DNA of 64,000 nucleotides from Octopus vulgaris (taxonomy: Eukaryota), in the NCBI GenBank assembly GCA_951406725.2, contig OX597831.1, positions 54,746,001 through 54,810,000 of the forward strand. Direction: 5' to 3'. The position numbers and the translations under genes are program-made. Below, in pieces: positions 1-13,341 of the stretch. The notes under the pieces are model-generated. The model made no database searches. It saw only the letters and a list, made by a program, of their open reading frames with translations, and was not told the DNA's origin. Positions within the stretch are counted from its first letter, which is position 1; the number at the start of each line of letters is the position of its first letter.

Positions 1-298
1 TGCATTATTGAATGCTATATGTAGTTTTAACCTTTTAATTGTCAAACATATGTATCAACGACAAATATCTCCAGGAAAAGGAACTGTTGGTGTTGTAACA
101 ACTAAGGGAACAGCTGCAACAACCATGAAAACCCTCACCTGCAGAAATGAATAAAAACTTGAAGATGTTTGGAAATGCGCTAAATACTATGGTGAAAACC
201 ATACATGATTCTCGTTCGTATAAGCAAGATATTCACGGAAAAATATGTCTTATCGAGCCTTAGTTGATGAGTTAGCAACGGAAGTCCCACTGGATCAA

Positions 299-508
299 AT
301 TGCCAAAAATTAACTTAGTATTGGATAAGGATATTGTGGAAAAGGATGGAATTTCATGTAGTTCCTCAGGTATATTCGGAAGAACAGAATCAGAGTGTAC
401 GTAAAAGACGAGAAAAAGAAAACGTCATCAAAAATGTTACAAATCGAACCTTCCCTATGCATCGAAGCAAGTTATCGAATAGATTAAAAGAATAAAGTGG
501 TAAATAAG
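299..508 (+). repeat. ~210 bp dispersed direct repeat, second copy at 2439-2648
   Basis: ATTGCCAAAAATTAACTTAGTATTGGATAA...AATAAAGTGGTAAATAAG occurs at 299-508 and 2439-2648 with scattered substitutions. The second copy is preceded by an ~82 bp tandem duplication (~2329-2480). Confidence 0.85.
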
Positions 509-741
509 ACTCATGGTATAATAACGAGAAATTCAAAGGAGTTATGGTTAGTTACGTTACAAAGGCGAACTAACTCATAAAATCAAGAACGTATTAAACG
601 AGGTGAATCTTAAAGTAACTGAAATCAAGCAAATCCATTCCATCAGAAATAAGTAAGACAGTCCTTTAATAACAGTTTTAAAGTATGGAAAATGAATCCA
701 AAGATACTCGTTTGCATGTTGGTGGAATACCTAGGTACTTA

Positions 742-1263
742 CCGTAAATCCTCGAGTATAATCCGCATTTTTTTCCCGAAAATTTAAAGGTCAAAATCCC
801 TAGTGCGTACTATATACGAGGTTAAAAATGAAAAATATTTTCTAAGCAATGCCCGAGTCTCTATTTGCTGTTCGGCAATGTTTATTCAGGCGCATTTTGT
901 GATGTCGGGCGCGAAAATACCTCAAGCTAAGCCTCAAAGCAATGAAATCATAAAATAATCACCCATAACTTGCAGTAAACAACATTTATTAAAATAAAAG
1001 TATTCAGAACACAGAATAACATGTGACAAAAACAATTTGCAAACATATTTACATTCCCATATAACAGTTAAGAACATCACCATTATTGTATTACGCATGC
1101 GCGGAAGTGTTTGATCGAGTAGGTGCTGCTGGCTTAATTACGCACCACTCAAGTTAGAGAGGGGTGCGTATTATACACAAGGTTTAGGTTTTTCAGAGGT
1201 ACAGCCCCCTAAAAATCCCCTGCGTATTATACTCAAGGGCGGACTATACTCGAGGATTTACGG
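742..1263. mobile_element. Non-autonomous Tc1/mariner-superfamily MITE (Tc2/pogo-like termini)
   Basis: TIRs CCGTAAATCCTCGAGTATAATCCGC (742-) and GCGGACTATACTCGAGGATTTACGG (-1263), 1 mismatch. Flanked by TA at 740-741 and 1264-1265. No coding capacity. Confidence 0.88.
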
Positions 1264-1369
1264 TACACATGCACTCAAAGTGCATACACGCGGACACTGA
1301 CCACGCAAAGTAAAAAAAGAAGCATTAAATAAAACTGTACACACACGTACGCGCACGCGCACACACACA

Positions 1370-1442
<73 letters not shown>

Positions 1443-1463
1443 CCAAAAGCTTCACAATAAATA

Positions 1464-1716
1464 AATGTGCCCTTTTCAAAGCCTAGCCAGGCTCATGGGC
1501 CCGGTTTCCCGGTTTCTATGGCGTATGTATTCCCCAGCTGGATAGAACGCCAGTCCATCGCAGCGTTACTCATTTTTGCCAGTTGAGTGGACTGGAGCCA
1601 CGTGAAATGAAGTGTTTTGCTCAAGAACACAACGCGTCGCCCGGTCCAGGAATCGAAACCACAATCTTTTACGATCATGATGCCGACACCCTGACCACTA
1701 AGCCACGCGCCTCCAC
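1464..1716 (-). mobile_element. tRNA-derived SINE (head A with CORE-like block, tail X)
   Basis: Minus strand starts GTGGAGGCGCGTGGCTTAGTGG (A box), then GGTTTCGATTCC (B box) and GTGTTCTTGAGCAAAACACTT. 14-bp TSD CTTCACAATAAATA at 1450-1463 and 1717-1730. Near-identical copy at 20186-20443. Confidence 0.9.
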
Positions 1717-3245
1717 CTTCACAATAAATATTGAGGAAAATACTGGCAAATCAGTTTGCAACAGAAGAGCTGATGCGAGTCAGTTGTTGATAATGTTGAA
1801 GACTGTGACAAAAGGACTCTGATGAACCAAATGATTTATTGAGCAAACAATTGATTGGTTAATTTTCTGAGTGACGACAATATTAATGAGAATTGAAATA
1901 TACAACATGAACCTGCTTGTTTTTTCCTTCTTTTACTTTGCTTTTGCAGAATGATCCACTCAAAGCACAGCAACTCTTTCAACACACAATTTCACATCAT
2001 GAACCTTGCAAAGCAAATACAAAACGTGCGTGTGTTTATGTATGTGTGTGTGTGTGTATGTGTGTGTTTGTGTGTGTAGTGTGTATGTAAGTGTGCATGT
2101 GTGTGCCCGTGTGTGTGTGTGTGTGTATGTAAGTGTGCATGTGTGTGCCCGTGTGTGTGTGTGTTTGCATACGTGTGTGTGTCTGTGTGCGCGCGTATAC
2201 ACAGACACCTCTAAAATAAACAGACACAATCGTGTTAGAAATATTCCTCGAGACTTAATAATGTTATTATATGGAAAAATTCGAGCAATGAAAGTCATAT
2301 TCTTAAGATTATAAACCTGGACAAGTTGTTACACCTGTAAAAGTATAGGACAAGCTATTGTAAAAAATTAACTCAGTATTGGATAAGGATATTGTGGACA
2401 AGACAATTTATTACACCTGTAAAAGTATAGGACAAGCTATTGCCAAAAATTAACTTAGTATTGGATAAAGATATTGTGGAAAAGGATGGAATTTCCTGTA
2501 GTTCCTCAGGTTTATTCGAAAGAACAGAATCAGAGTGTACGTAAAAGACAAGAAAAAGAAAATGTCATAAAAAATGTTACAAATCGAACCTTCCCTATGC
2601 ATTGAAGTAAGTTATGGAATAGATTAAAAGAATAAAGTGGTAAATAAGTAAAGTAAAGAATAAGAAACTTTTTACATAAAATATTGCAGCAAAGAATGTC
2701 AGTTCTTCTAATTTATCTCTGTCAAAAGGACGGATGAACCTAATATAGGTTCAACGACTATCTAGCAATAGCACGGGTCCCCAGATATTCTGGGTAGGTG
2801 TCCAGCGTGCCGCAAGACCACTGGAAATGAGGTACTCTTCAGCTTTCGTTCTCTAGGAGAAGGTCACTCTGATATAAAAACAGATATGCAGGGAATGGCA
2901 CTGGACATTTTGCGAGTGCTTCTTCTCGTGCTGAGCCTGTGGCCCATATTGCCACTGGACATCTTGCTCTGGCTTGCCTCTGGATCGAATCAGTAGGGTG
3001 GAGAAGGTCTGTGAGGTTTTTATGCAAGCCTTATTGGACCTAAGTTGCTCGATTGCTGGCGAGGCGACTTTCAGATGCCCAGTTGAATATGCAGGTGCCA
3101 CGGCGAGTATGAAAGCCGCGGGTGCGAACCCGGGTGAAGATGATCGCAGGTGCAATCATCTTATGCACGGGCATTACTGACGTTTTGCATGGACAATGGT
3201 CAGTGATGGTCTTCCTAGGTCACTGGTGAACAACCATCATATATA

Positions 3246-4520
3246 CAGGGTGGGGAAGCAAAATTTACAATATTTTGAGGCAGGGATTGAAAGACAGTGT
3301 ATGACCAATTAGTTTATTGAAAGTCATGAGAATTTATTTGCCACAAGAAAATTTACATAATAGAAAATGTTTTTATTCTATGTGTTCTGCTTCTTTCTCA
3401 ATAATTGCCTTCACACGCTTCCTGAAACTTGCACAAGTGTTCCTCAAATATTCGGGAGACAACTTCCCCCATTCTTCTTTAATGGCATCTTTAAGAGAGT
3501 CGACATTGCTGTGTGATGTTCTATTGGTAGCATGTTCTAAAATAGCATAATCCAGAGGGTTTAGATCTGGGCTAGAAAGCGGCCATAAACATGATTCCAA
3601 AATATTGCTAAAGCTGGACTTACAGAAATCTTGTATTTTTCTAGCTGTGTGGGCTGGAGCACCATCCTGTGTCCATACATAATCACCATCTGGGTAGTTT
3701 GCTCTAAGCCATGGCAATACCTGGCACCTCAGAGTCTTTTAGTAAGTATTAACATTGATCTTTTCATCAGCTTTGTAGAATTTTATAGGCATTTTCTTTC
3801 CATCGGAAGCCACAACACCAAAAGACATAACTTGAGCAGCTTGATTTTTTTTTAATGTCTCCTTAACCTCACCTGTCGATTTTGCGATAAATCTGTCATT
3901 TCTGCGGTTCAGAACAGTATCGACAGTGAAGATCTTTTCATCTGAAAAGATCGTTACATTGGAGGACTTTTCCTTGAACCATGTAATAATTTTCTTGCAC
4001 CTTTCCCAACTCTTTTCCTTCATAGCTGTTGTCAACAAGTGTTTTGGCGTTCTTGTGTAAGATTTTAACCTCAGATCATATTTTACTGCAATTTTGTAAT
4101 GGTCTTGTTGTCTACCTCAAGTTCAATTGCCATTTTTCTCATGGATTTGGTTGGATCCTTTAGGATTTTGGATTTGAGAGCTTTAATAAAGCTTTGGTAC
4201 GTTTTTTGCTGATTCCTCCACTTCCAGACTACGTCGTAATAGTTTTGCTCATAGTCATTCTATTCTTTACATTATAAATAGTCTTTATGGACACTCCACC
4301 TATTCTTGAAATCTCCTTTGGTGTGACGAGTGCATTCAGCAAATCACACGCTCTTTGACCTTTGCTTTCCTGATTACTCATATGGGCAAAAGTTTCTGAA
4401 AAGGTAAGGATAATAGTGTTAGGTATGATTATGACATCAATATATGCTAGGTTTCAAAACAATTGACTTCGTGCCTGCTGAGAAAAAACAACATAACGTT
4501 CATTGTAAATTTTGCTTCCC

Positions 4521-4526
<6 letters not shown>
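3246..4526 (-). mobile_element. Tc1/mariner DD37D (maT) transposon, full length, transposase pseudogenised
   Basis: TIRs CAGGGTGGGGAAGCAAAATTTACAAT / ATTGTAAATTTTGCTTCCCACCCT in TA context. Minus-strand fragments FSDEKIFTVD..NRRNDR and QDGAPAHT...WPLSSPDLNPLDY, with 37 residues between the 2nd and 3rd Asp. Start MSNQESK at ~4381. Stops and frameshifts present. Confidence 0.93.
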
Positions 4527-4577
<51 letters not shown>

Positions 4578-4602
4578 ATATATATATGTATGTATATGTA
4601 TA

Positions 4603-4671
<69 letters not shown>

Positions 4672-4689
4672 GGATATATGGTAAAGAAG

Positions 4690-5198
4690 GTGCATGAGTG
4701 GTAAGTGTTGAGTGCTCAACGTTTCAGATGATTCATATAGGTAATGGCCAGTAGGCCCGAGAGACTGGATCCCATGAGGAGACCTGTTGTTTGCTTGTAT
4801 GTGTGATCATGGAAAGAGAAATAGGTGTTGTCCACGATGATGGACAATAGTTGATGTATATCAGCTGCGGTGAGTCTGAAGCAGTGGATGTCGGACGCTA
4901 CCATGCAGTCAGTCAATAGGTTGATCGCCGAGTGTGCTGGTACTGTTGTGTACATTGAGACAACATCAAGACTAAAGGCATATGTGTTTTGTCTGAGTTG
5001 GTCTGGGGTCAGTTGGTGCAGTGTTTTGATGACCTCGTCGGAGTTCTTGACGTGTCCAGGAAAGGTGGAGAGTACGGGTTTCAGGATTTGGGAAAGGAGC
5101 CAAAATATTTTGTATAGAGGTCCTTCCACGCAGGAGACGATGGGTCTAATCTGGATCATGTTGCTATCCTTGTGTGTTTTAATGAGGTAGTAAAATCT
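4690..5198 (-). mobile_element. Penelope-like element reverse transcriptase fragment
   Basis: ORF 4716-5339 contains [51 protein letters not shown], typical PLE RT motifs. Bounded by (TA)n on both sides. Confidence 0.88.
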
Positions 5199-5221
5199 CA
5201 TATTTATATAATTATATATTT

Positions 5222-5903
<682 letters not shown>

Positions 5904-6108
5904 AAACGAATGGCTTACACCTGGTAGCTTACTGGTAAAGCGCGGTCACTTTCAGAGTGATCGTTAAGTAAATAACAAATAAAAGATATATATGTATGTA
6001 TGTGTGTGTGTGTGTGTATCCATAAATATATATTTATAATACTCACATAAATTATGTGTCTGCGTATGTATATATATATATTTATAATATTCACACATAA
6101 ATTAGGTG

Positions 6109-6192
<84 letters not shown>

Positions 6193-6371
6193 GAGTAAAC
6201 ACATAAATGTGAAACAAGGTGGAAAAAAGAGTACTCAAATACCAGTGGTAGAGTAATATGCTTTATTTAAAGCAGCAGAAAATTCAACAAAACCTGTTAC
6301 TCTGAGTTTCCCGTTGCCGTTCATCGGACAGTTTTTGCTAGAATTCTAGCATTCTTGCATTCTAGCAAAAA

Positions 6372-6409
6372 CTGTCCGATGAACGGCAACGGGAAACTCA
6401 GAGTAACAG
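6372..6409 (+). ncRNA. Minimal type-I hammerhead ribozyme motif (U4C variant)
   Basis: CTGT-CCGATGA-ACG GCAA CGG-GAAA-CTCAGAG-TA-ACAG: stem I CTGT/ACAG, very short stem II with GCAA loop, quasi-palindromic stem III. Mirror copy on the minus strand at 6294-6331. Confidence 0.62.
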
Positions 6410-6490
6410 GTTTTATTGAATTTTCTGCTGCTTTAAATAAAGCATATTACTCTACCACTGGTATTTGAGTACTCTTTTTCCACCTTGTTT

Positions 6491-6926
6491 ATTGAGTAGA
6501 CTGTTTTACGGGGAGTATCTTGTGGGTAGGCACATGTGTAGTGGAAGCACTCCGTCGGTTACGACGACGAGGGTTCCGGTTGATCCGAATCAACGGAACA
6601 GCCTGCTCGTGAAATTAACGTGTAAGTGGCTGAGCACTCCATAGACATGTGTACCCTTAACGTAGTTCTCGGGGATATTCAGCGTGACACAGAGAGTGAC
6701 AAGGCCGGCCCATTGAAATACAGGTACAACAGAAACAGGAAGTAAGAGTGAGAGAAAGTTGTGGTGAAAGAGTACAGCAGGGATCACCACCATCCCCTAC
6801 CGGAGCCTCGTGGAGCTTTAGGTGTTTTCGCTCAATAAACACTCACAACGCCCGGTCTGGGAATCGAAACCGCGATCCTATGACCGCAAGTCCGCTGCCC
6901 TATCCACTGGGCCATTGCGCCTCCAC
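6491..6926 (-). mobile_element. tRNA-derived SINE (head B, tail Y)
   Basis: Starts GTGGAGGCGCAATGGCCCAGTGG, B box GGTTTCGATTCCC, tail CGTCGTCGTAACCGACGGAGTG. 14-bp TSD TTTCCACCTTGTTT at 6477-6490 and 6927-6940. Confidence 0.9.
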
Positions 6927-7109
6927 TTTCCACCTTGTTTCACATTTATGTGTTTACTCCGGTGTAACCCGCTCCTTATAAAAGTTTGAGCGACTCTGCA
7001 CAAGTAGGAAGAACAAACAGCTGGAAAAAAAAAAAAAAAAAAAATTTATACATGCGCATATACATGGACATACAAGTGTGTGTGTATGCGTGCGCGTGTT
7101 CCTGTGTTG

Positions 7110-7299
7110 TCTCTTTTTTCAGTCATTGGACTGCAACTATACTGGACTAGTGTCTCGTAAGTTTAGTCGAAGAAATCGACTCCAGTACATTTATCTTCAA
7201 ATCTGGTATTCATTTATCGGTACCTTATGCCCAACCGCTACGTTACGGAGACGTAAGCATACCGATTATCAAGCGGTGGGACACAAACACAAACACAAA

Positions 7300-7350
<51 letters not shown>

Positions 7351-7510
7351 GTACAGCGGGCTTCCACACAGTTTCCGTCTTCCAAATTTCTAATCTCTTA
7401 TTTCAGACAGTGTAGAAAAAGTGGAAGAGAGGATAAAAAAATAAAAAATGGTGATGACCCGAGGCAATAGTAGAAGCCATGTGTCGCGCAGTGAGATTGA
7501 ACCTGAAACC
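7110..7510 (-). mobile_element. Degenerate copy of SINE family C
   Basis: Patchy reverse-complement similarity to 16945-17358 (TTTCAGTCATT, CCGCTA.GTTACGG.GACGTAA, CAGTTTCCGTCT). Confidence 0.55.
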
Positions 7511-7532
7511 ACGTGTTTGCAAAGCGAGCTTC

Positions 7533-8053
7533 ATATACATACATACATACATACATACATACACACACACATACATACACATATACATACACACATACAT
7601 AATGCATACATACATACATACATAAATACATACATACTTACATACATACATACATACACACATACCTACATACATACATACACACACACATACATACATA
7701 CATACATACATACATACATACATACATAATGCATACATACATACATACATACATACACACATACATACATACATACATACACACACTCATACATACATAT
7801 ATACATACATACATACATACACACATACATACATACATACATACACACACAAATACATACATACATACATACACACACACTCATACATACATACATAATA
7901 ATACATACATACACACATACATACACACACACTCATACATACATACACACATATACATACACACAGTCATACATACATACATACATACATACATACATAC
8001 ATACATACATACACACATACATACATACATACATACATACATACATACATACA

Positions 8054-8085
<32 letters not shown>

Positions 8086-8222
8086 CACACTCATACATAC
8101 ATACATACATACACACATACATACATACATACACACACACTCATACATACATACATACATACATACATACATACATACATACAAACAAAAATACAAGCAC
8201 ACACACACATACACACACACAC
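7533..8222. repeat. (TACA)n/(CA)n compound microsatellite
   Basis: ~690 bp of TACA/CA units. Source of the spurious HTYI/MYVC ORFs. Confidence 0.95.
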
Positions 8223-8650
8223 GCGAATGTATGCATGCGTGTATGTGTCTCTGTGTACGAGGGTTGCCAAACGAGTTAGGTAAGAAAGCTAGACTTATTG
8301 TTAATCAATGAGAAGACTATTAAATTAATACAAACAACGAGAAAGACGACAACGTGACCGCATAATCTATCACAATCCAATGACCACCACCGACGTCTCC
8401 AGCAGAGACAGTAGTAACGGCAACAATAACAATAGCTATCGATGCCCAACTTTTTGCTAATAACCTTTGTTGGTGAGAAGCAGACTGTTGTCGACTTTTG
8501 GGAAGACAGCGTAGTCGTAATGTTAACTGATGCGTCACGAAGACTAGACTTAGCTTTCAGAGCCAGAAGACCAGAAGATAATTCAGCCCCGAATATCTGT
8601 TAACTTAAAAAAAGAGAAAAAAAAATCCACAAAACTCAAGAGAAATCCAC

Positions 8651-8819
8651 AGGCGCAGGTGTGGCTGTGTGGTAAGTAGCTTGCTTATCAACCACATGGT
8701 TCCGGATTCAGTTCCACTGCATGGAAATTTGGGCAAGTGTCTTCTACTATAGCCTCGGGCCGACCAAAGCCTTGTGAGTGGATTTGGCAGACGGAAACTG
8801 AAAGAAGCTCGTCGTATAT

Positions 8820-8863
<44 letters not shown>

Positions 8864-9210
8864 CTGCTCGCTTAGCCAGCGGGGTGGCGTCATTCGAAGG
8901 CTAAAACAATGCGGAGCGCATTGTGACCAGCGATGTGTAACAACATCTGATGGTCTGGTCGGTCACGTGATATATATATACGTGTGTGTGCGTGTTTGAA
9001 TGTCTGTGTTTGTCCCCCGGACATCGCTTGACAACCGATGCTGGTGTGTTTACGTCCCCGTCACTTAACGGTTCGGCAAGAGAGACCGATAGAATAAGTA
9101 CGAGGCTTACAAAGAATAAGTCCTGGGGTCGATTTGCTCGACTAAAAGCCGTGCTCCAGCATGGCCGCAAGTCAAATGACTGAAACAAATAAAAGAATAA
9201 AAGAAAAAGA
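8651..9210 (+). mobile_element. SINE family C, carrying a ~108 bp insert in its internal (TA)n
   Basis: AGGCGCAGGTGTGGCTGTGTGGTAAGTAGCTTGC head and GTGCTCCAGCATGGCCGC..AAATGACTGAAACAA tail, as at 16945 and 61387. Foreign segment at 8861-8968. Confidence 0.88.
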
Positions 9211-9256
9211 AGAATAAAGTAATAGTGATCACGTATCCAGTGCGGTACTGCTATTA

Positions 9257-9338
<82 letters not shown>

Positions 9339-9959
9339 AAACACACACACACACACACACACACACCACCACCACACACAAAATGTCCTGGATAGCTGGC
9401 GAAAGAAAGCTATGCGATCGAATGGTATTGATTCATTTCTCAAACAAATTCCAGCCGTTGGCTTGTAGATGTGCACTATCCTCACTCCACCTCTTCTACC
9501 GCTACTACATCGATCTCGTCTCCTTTGAACGAGTTACTTACCTCATCCTCCCGAAACTGTCCAAAACAGCCGACTCACGACTCACCGCTTCACTTGGCCG
9601 GTTCTGACTCGTATCTCGTCTCCATACCAGCTACTTTAACGCAAGAACGTCATCTCTCTTAGAGTCCTTTTATGCCCATGTTTCTCCAACAGATGTTGTT
9701 CACTTACAGTTAATATAATTTAAGTATAAGAAAGGCTGTCTAACGCCATAAAAACAAAAGCTATTGTCTTCACCTGAGCTTCTGTCATTCATCACTTCCC
9801 GCTACGATACGTTGGATACGTTCTTAAGCCCTTAATTTAGCATGGTCCATCGATAGCTTTTCTTCATTGTTCTCTACTCTGAGTTGTCTTTCGTTTCTCT
9901 TCAGCTGTTTCAGCTCTACCTCAGTATCCTGCCTCAGGCAAATTTTAGAGTTCTAGGTC

Positions 9960-10570
9960 ATAGCTCTCCGTGAAGCTATGGGCTGTCTTTTCCGCTTCTC
10001 CCCAGTTATATCCTTCCTATTTCAGTTCTGTCTCAGTATCTCCCTTCCAGCTATTTTTAGCGCTCTAATTCATGGTTTTATGTGTAATGCAGGATGTTGG
10101 TCTTGCTGCACCGCGTCAAATGTTCCCCCCGAAGGAAGACCTTCCTGTACCAGGTTTGGTTGGTTTTGAATTATCATCGATGCTTCTGTGACATTGCTTT
10201 TTTTCTAGGTTAGGGCGTTGGCCTTACGCAAACCCAGTTTTATATCTGAAAAGAAGTGGTCCGAATTAGTCTGATTTCTAGCCTTTGACCTGTCCAGCAC
10301 GGAAAAGTCCCAACCAAGAGCTTGTGCTCCACTGATATAGTTCTTAGCGTCATTGAGCCGTACGAGTGATCACACCGTAGTACGGACTGGACCATGTGGT
10401 GGGCTATAATTTGTCGCTGGTGCTAATTCTGCTGACTGTTCTGATTTTCATGTTGGTCGTGTTTAAGTCACACCTATCAAAGGAGTCAGTCTGCACAGAT
10501 AGTGTGCCTAAAGCCAGCTGGAGACGATGATCTCCTGGGGCTAAAAGCTACAGTAACACCCACCCTTTGT
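9960..10570 (-). mobile_element. Degraded RTE-like LINE remnants
   Basis: Minus strand ~9975-10050 reads WKGDTETELK*EGYNWGEAEKTAH, resembling an RTE C-terminus. The CCTTTGACCTGTCCAGCA..CCAAGAGC block resembles RTE 5' regions. Confidence 0.4.
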
Positions 10571-10919
10571 GGTTAGCTATATTGAGATGGCTAGTATACT
10601 TTACGTTGTCGAGCGGTTACTGTTTACATCTCGTTCAGAGATTTATTATTGCCATAAATATCTATTTACATGAAAAAAAATTACCGGAGAACATTTAATT
10701 ATTCCAAATCTTTCTGTTAAAATTGTAATGTGTTTATCGCATGTAATGTGTTGTTTATCGCATTTGCATATTGAATGCTTAAATATTTGTTTACTCGTTT
10801 CTTTTTGTCATTGAGCATTAAGGTGGTTGTGTTGTGTGCTAAAAATAACAGCTAAATAAGATTTTTTGGATAAATCTCTTAAATTAGCATAAACATTTAT
10901 TTACACGAAAGAAAATTAC

Positions 10920-11132
10920 CAGAGACATAACGCCGGTCCGTCGCAAGTGAGCTGCATGATGCAGGAGGAAATAGTGAGAGAAAGTTGTGGCGAAAGAGTC
11001 AGCAGAAGTTCGCCATTACCTTCTGCCGGAGCCGCGTGGAACTTAGGTATTTCGCTTATAAACACACATATCGCCCGGTCTGAGATTCGAACCCGCGATC
11101 TCTCAACCACGAGTCTGCTGCTCTAACCACTA
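10920..11132 (-). mobile_element. tRNA-derived SINE (head B joined to the start of an X-like tail)
   Basis: Reverse complement reads AGTGGTTAGAGCAGCAGACTCG..GGGTTCGAATCTCAGACCGGGCG..CTCTTTCGCCACAACTTTCTCTCAC..TTGCGACGGACCGGCG. Confidence 0.8.
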
Positions 11133-12162
11133 CAAATATTGACAACACGTGCTATTTTCAGGATATTGACGACAAAATGTGTAGTCACGCACAAAATGAT
11201 AATTTCCAAATCCTGTTTCCTGACTGGGTGAAAATGATCAAACTTTAAACCTCTATAACTTTTTAAAAACATTTTTCTGGAAAAAATGAAATAACTCCAG
11301 CAATTCAATTTGGGCAGTTGTATTATTATGCCAAATTTTAAAATTTTCGGTAAACTTTAATTTTTGAAATGCTGGCAACCAAACCGAAAAATGAAAAAAA
11401 AAAAAAAAGTAATAGGCATTGACTGATGTTTTTTATTCACCGTATACTTGTTTCTATTTGGCTTTGTTTATTGTATTAAATATATTAACATTAACAATCA
11501 CTGCACTTTTATAGCAACATTTAACATTCTTTTGGTTGTAGATCACTATACTTTTCATACGACTTCTTTCTTGTTACAACTAGATTCGATGCTACAAACA
11601 CTAATATTGTTGTGAAAGTAACGAGTTATTTATGACCTTTTCGAACCGATATAATCTTACAAAAAAAGAAATTAATCTTCTTGTAAATATCGAAGAAAGC
11701 TAATAGTCTCACTTTCTCAACTATCTAACATCTGTGTATCTATAGAATAAGAATAAAAAAAAAATAAAATAGAATAAAAACGGAAGAGAAAGTGAAGAAA
11801 AACAAAAAGTAGGGGCTGGAGATCTGGAGACACCTGCAGCGGAAAGTAGATTTGGATAAATCTCCTGAAGAAAAATTCAGCACAGAATTGTTAAGTTTAA
11901 TCTGTTATTTCTAATATCATTATAGAATGCTTAGAATTCGAATTAACCTGTGTTTATTTACTTAAAAAAAAGGAAAAAAAAATATACGTATATCAAACGA
12001 AACGTACATTTTTTTTACAAAAGACTGTAAATTTTTTTTAGGTATTTAACGTTTATTGCAGCTATCATGTACTCGAGTTTTCATGCCCATCTAATCCCTA
12101 TATCATCACATCATATATTAAATCTTATTTTTGCCTTTTGATTTTACTTGACTGGTCCATTT

Positions 12163-12242
<80 letters not shown>

Positions 12243-12331
12243 GCACGCATACGTACGTATGTACACATATATGCACACGGTTTCTCGCGAGTTGCTGAGA
12301 TCATCATTTTTAAGGCTTTACTGAGTAATTT

Positions 12332-12515
12332 GTGGAGGCACATGGTCTAGTGGTTAGAGCAGCGGACTCACGGTCGAAGGGTCGCGGGTTCGAATATCAG
12401 ACTGGGCGATGAGTGTGTTTATGAGCGAAGCACCTAAGATCCATGCGGCTTCGGCAGAAGGAAATGACGAACTTCTGCCGACTCTTTCGCCCCTCTCATT
12501 CTTTCCTCCTGCATC
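12332..12515 (+). mobile_element. tRNA-derived SINE head B, 3' truncated
   Basis: GTGGAGGCACATGGTCTAGTGGTTAGAGCAGCGGACTC..GGGTTCGAAT, homologous to 10920-11132. Confidence 0.8.
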
Positions 12516-12578
12516 TAGCACAGAATCACATACACACACACACACACATACACACACATACACACACACACATATATG

Positions 12579-12825
12579 CAGGGTAGATGGAAAGTAACAA
12601 GGTATTAGAAAATTGATTATAGAATTTTTAGTATCAGTGAAGTCATGGCGAAAACATTTTTAAACAGACAACACTAATGGCAATTGTTTAATTAATTTTT
12701 TATTTCTTATTTTCCAGATCGCTTGACTATTCAGGAGCGAGCTGAGATAGCAGCACGCTATGAAGTGTGAAATTCCATTGTTCCATTTCAGAGATGGTGG
12801 CGTGCATAGACAGGTAAAGATGCAA

Positions 12826-12862
<37 letters not shown>

Positions 12863-13045
12863 ATGATAGATCGTTAGCCACTACACACATTTTTTCTCTC
12901 CTTGTTTTTTTCTGTGTCCCTTTCTGTAGAAGAGCGTAGGCTCGAAACGTAAAAGACTTTTTCTATTTCTGAGCGTTATACTAATACATCTGTTTGTTTT
13001 GTACACCACCTGTCTTCGTCTTTTGTTTTTTTCCGTAAACTCTCC

Positions 13046-13089
<44 letters not shown>

Positions 13090-13261
13090 CACACACACAT
13101 GCAGGGTAGATGGAAAGTAACCAGTTATTAGAAAATTGATTATAGAATTTTTAGTATCACTGAAGTCATGGCGTGTATGGAAAGATAAGCATGCAGCACT
13201 AAGCCCGGAGACAATAAAATGTTGTCATGCAAAGCTGATGACCACGGGCTCTGTGAACGAT

Positions 13262-13341
<80 letters not shown>

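Larger units (their letters stand above)
6190..6962. mobile_element. Fold-back (inverted) pLTR-like element with two hammerhead motifs, interrupted by a SINE
   Basis: Left arm 6190-6344 is the near-perfect reverse complement of 6359-6490 plus 6941-6962, with a 14-nt spacer. Abuts (TA)n on the left. Confidence 0.85.

Noticed and set aside
1950-2025. Possible plus-strand exon after TTTTGCAG
   Set aside because: Weak donor, no homology and no partner exons.
2760-3240. GC-richer block with three overlapping short ORFs
   Set aside because: No recognisable motifs. Could not be shown to continue the PLE RT at 4690.
12332-12410. tRNA-like sequences with A/B boxes (also at ~1640-1716, 6850-6926, 62530-62600)
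   Set aside because: These are SINE heads followed by SINE bodies, not tRNA genes.
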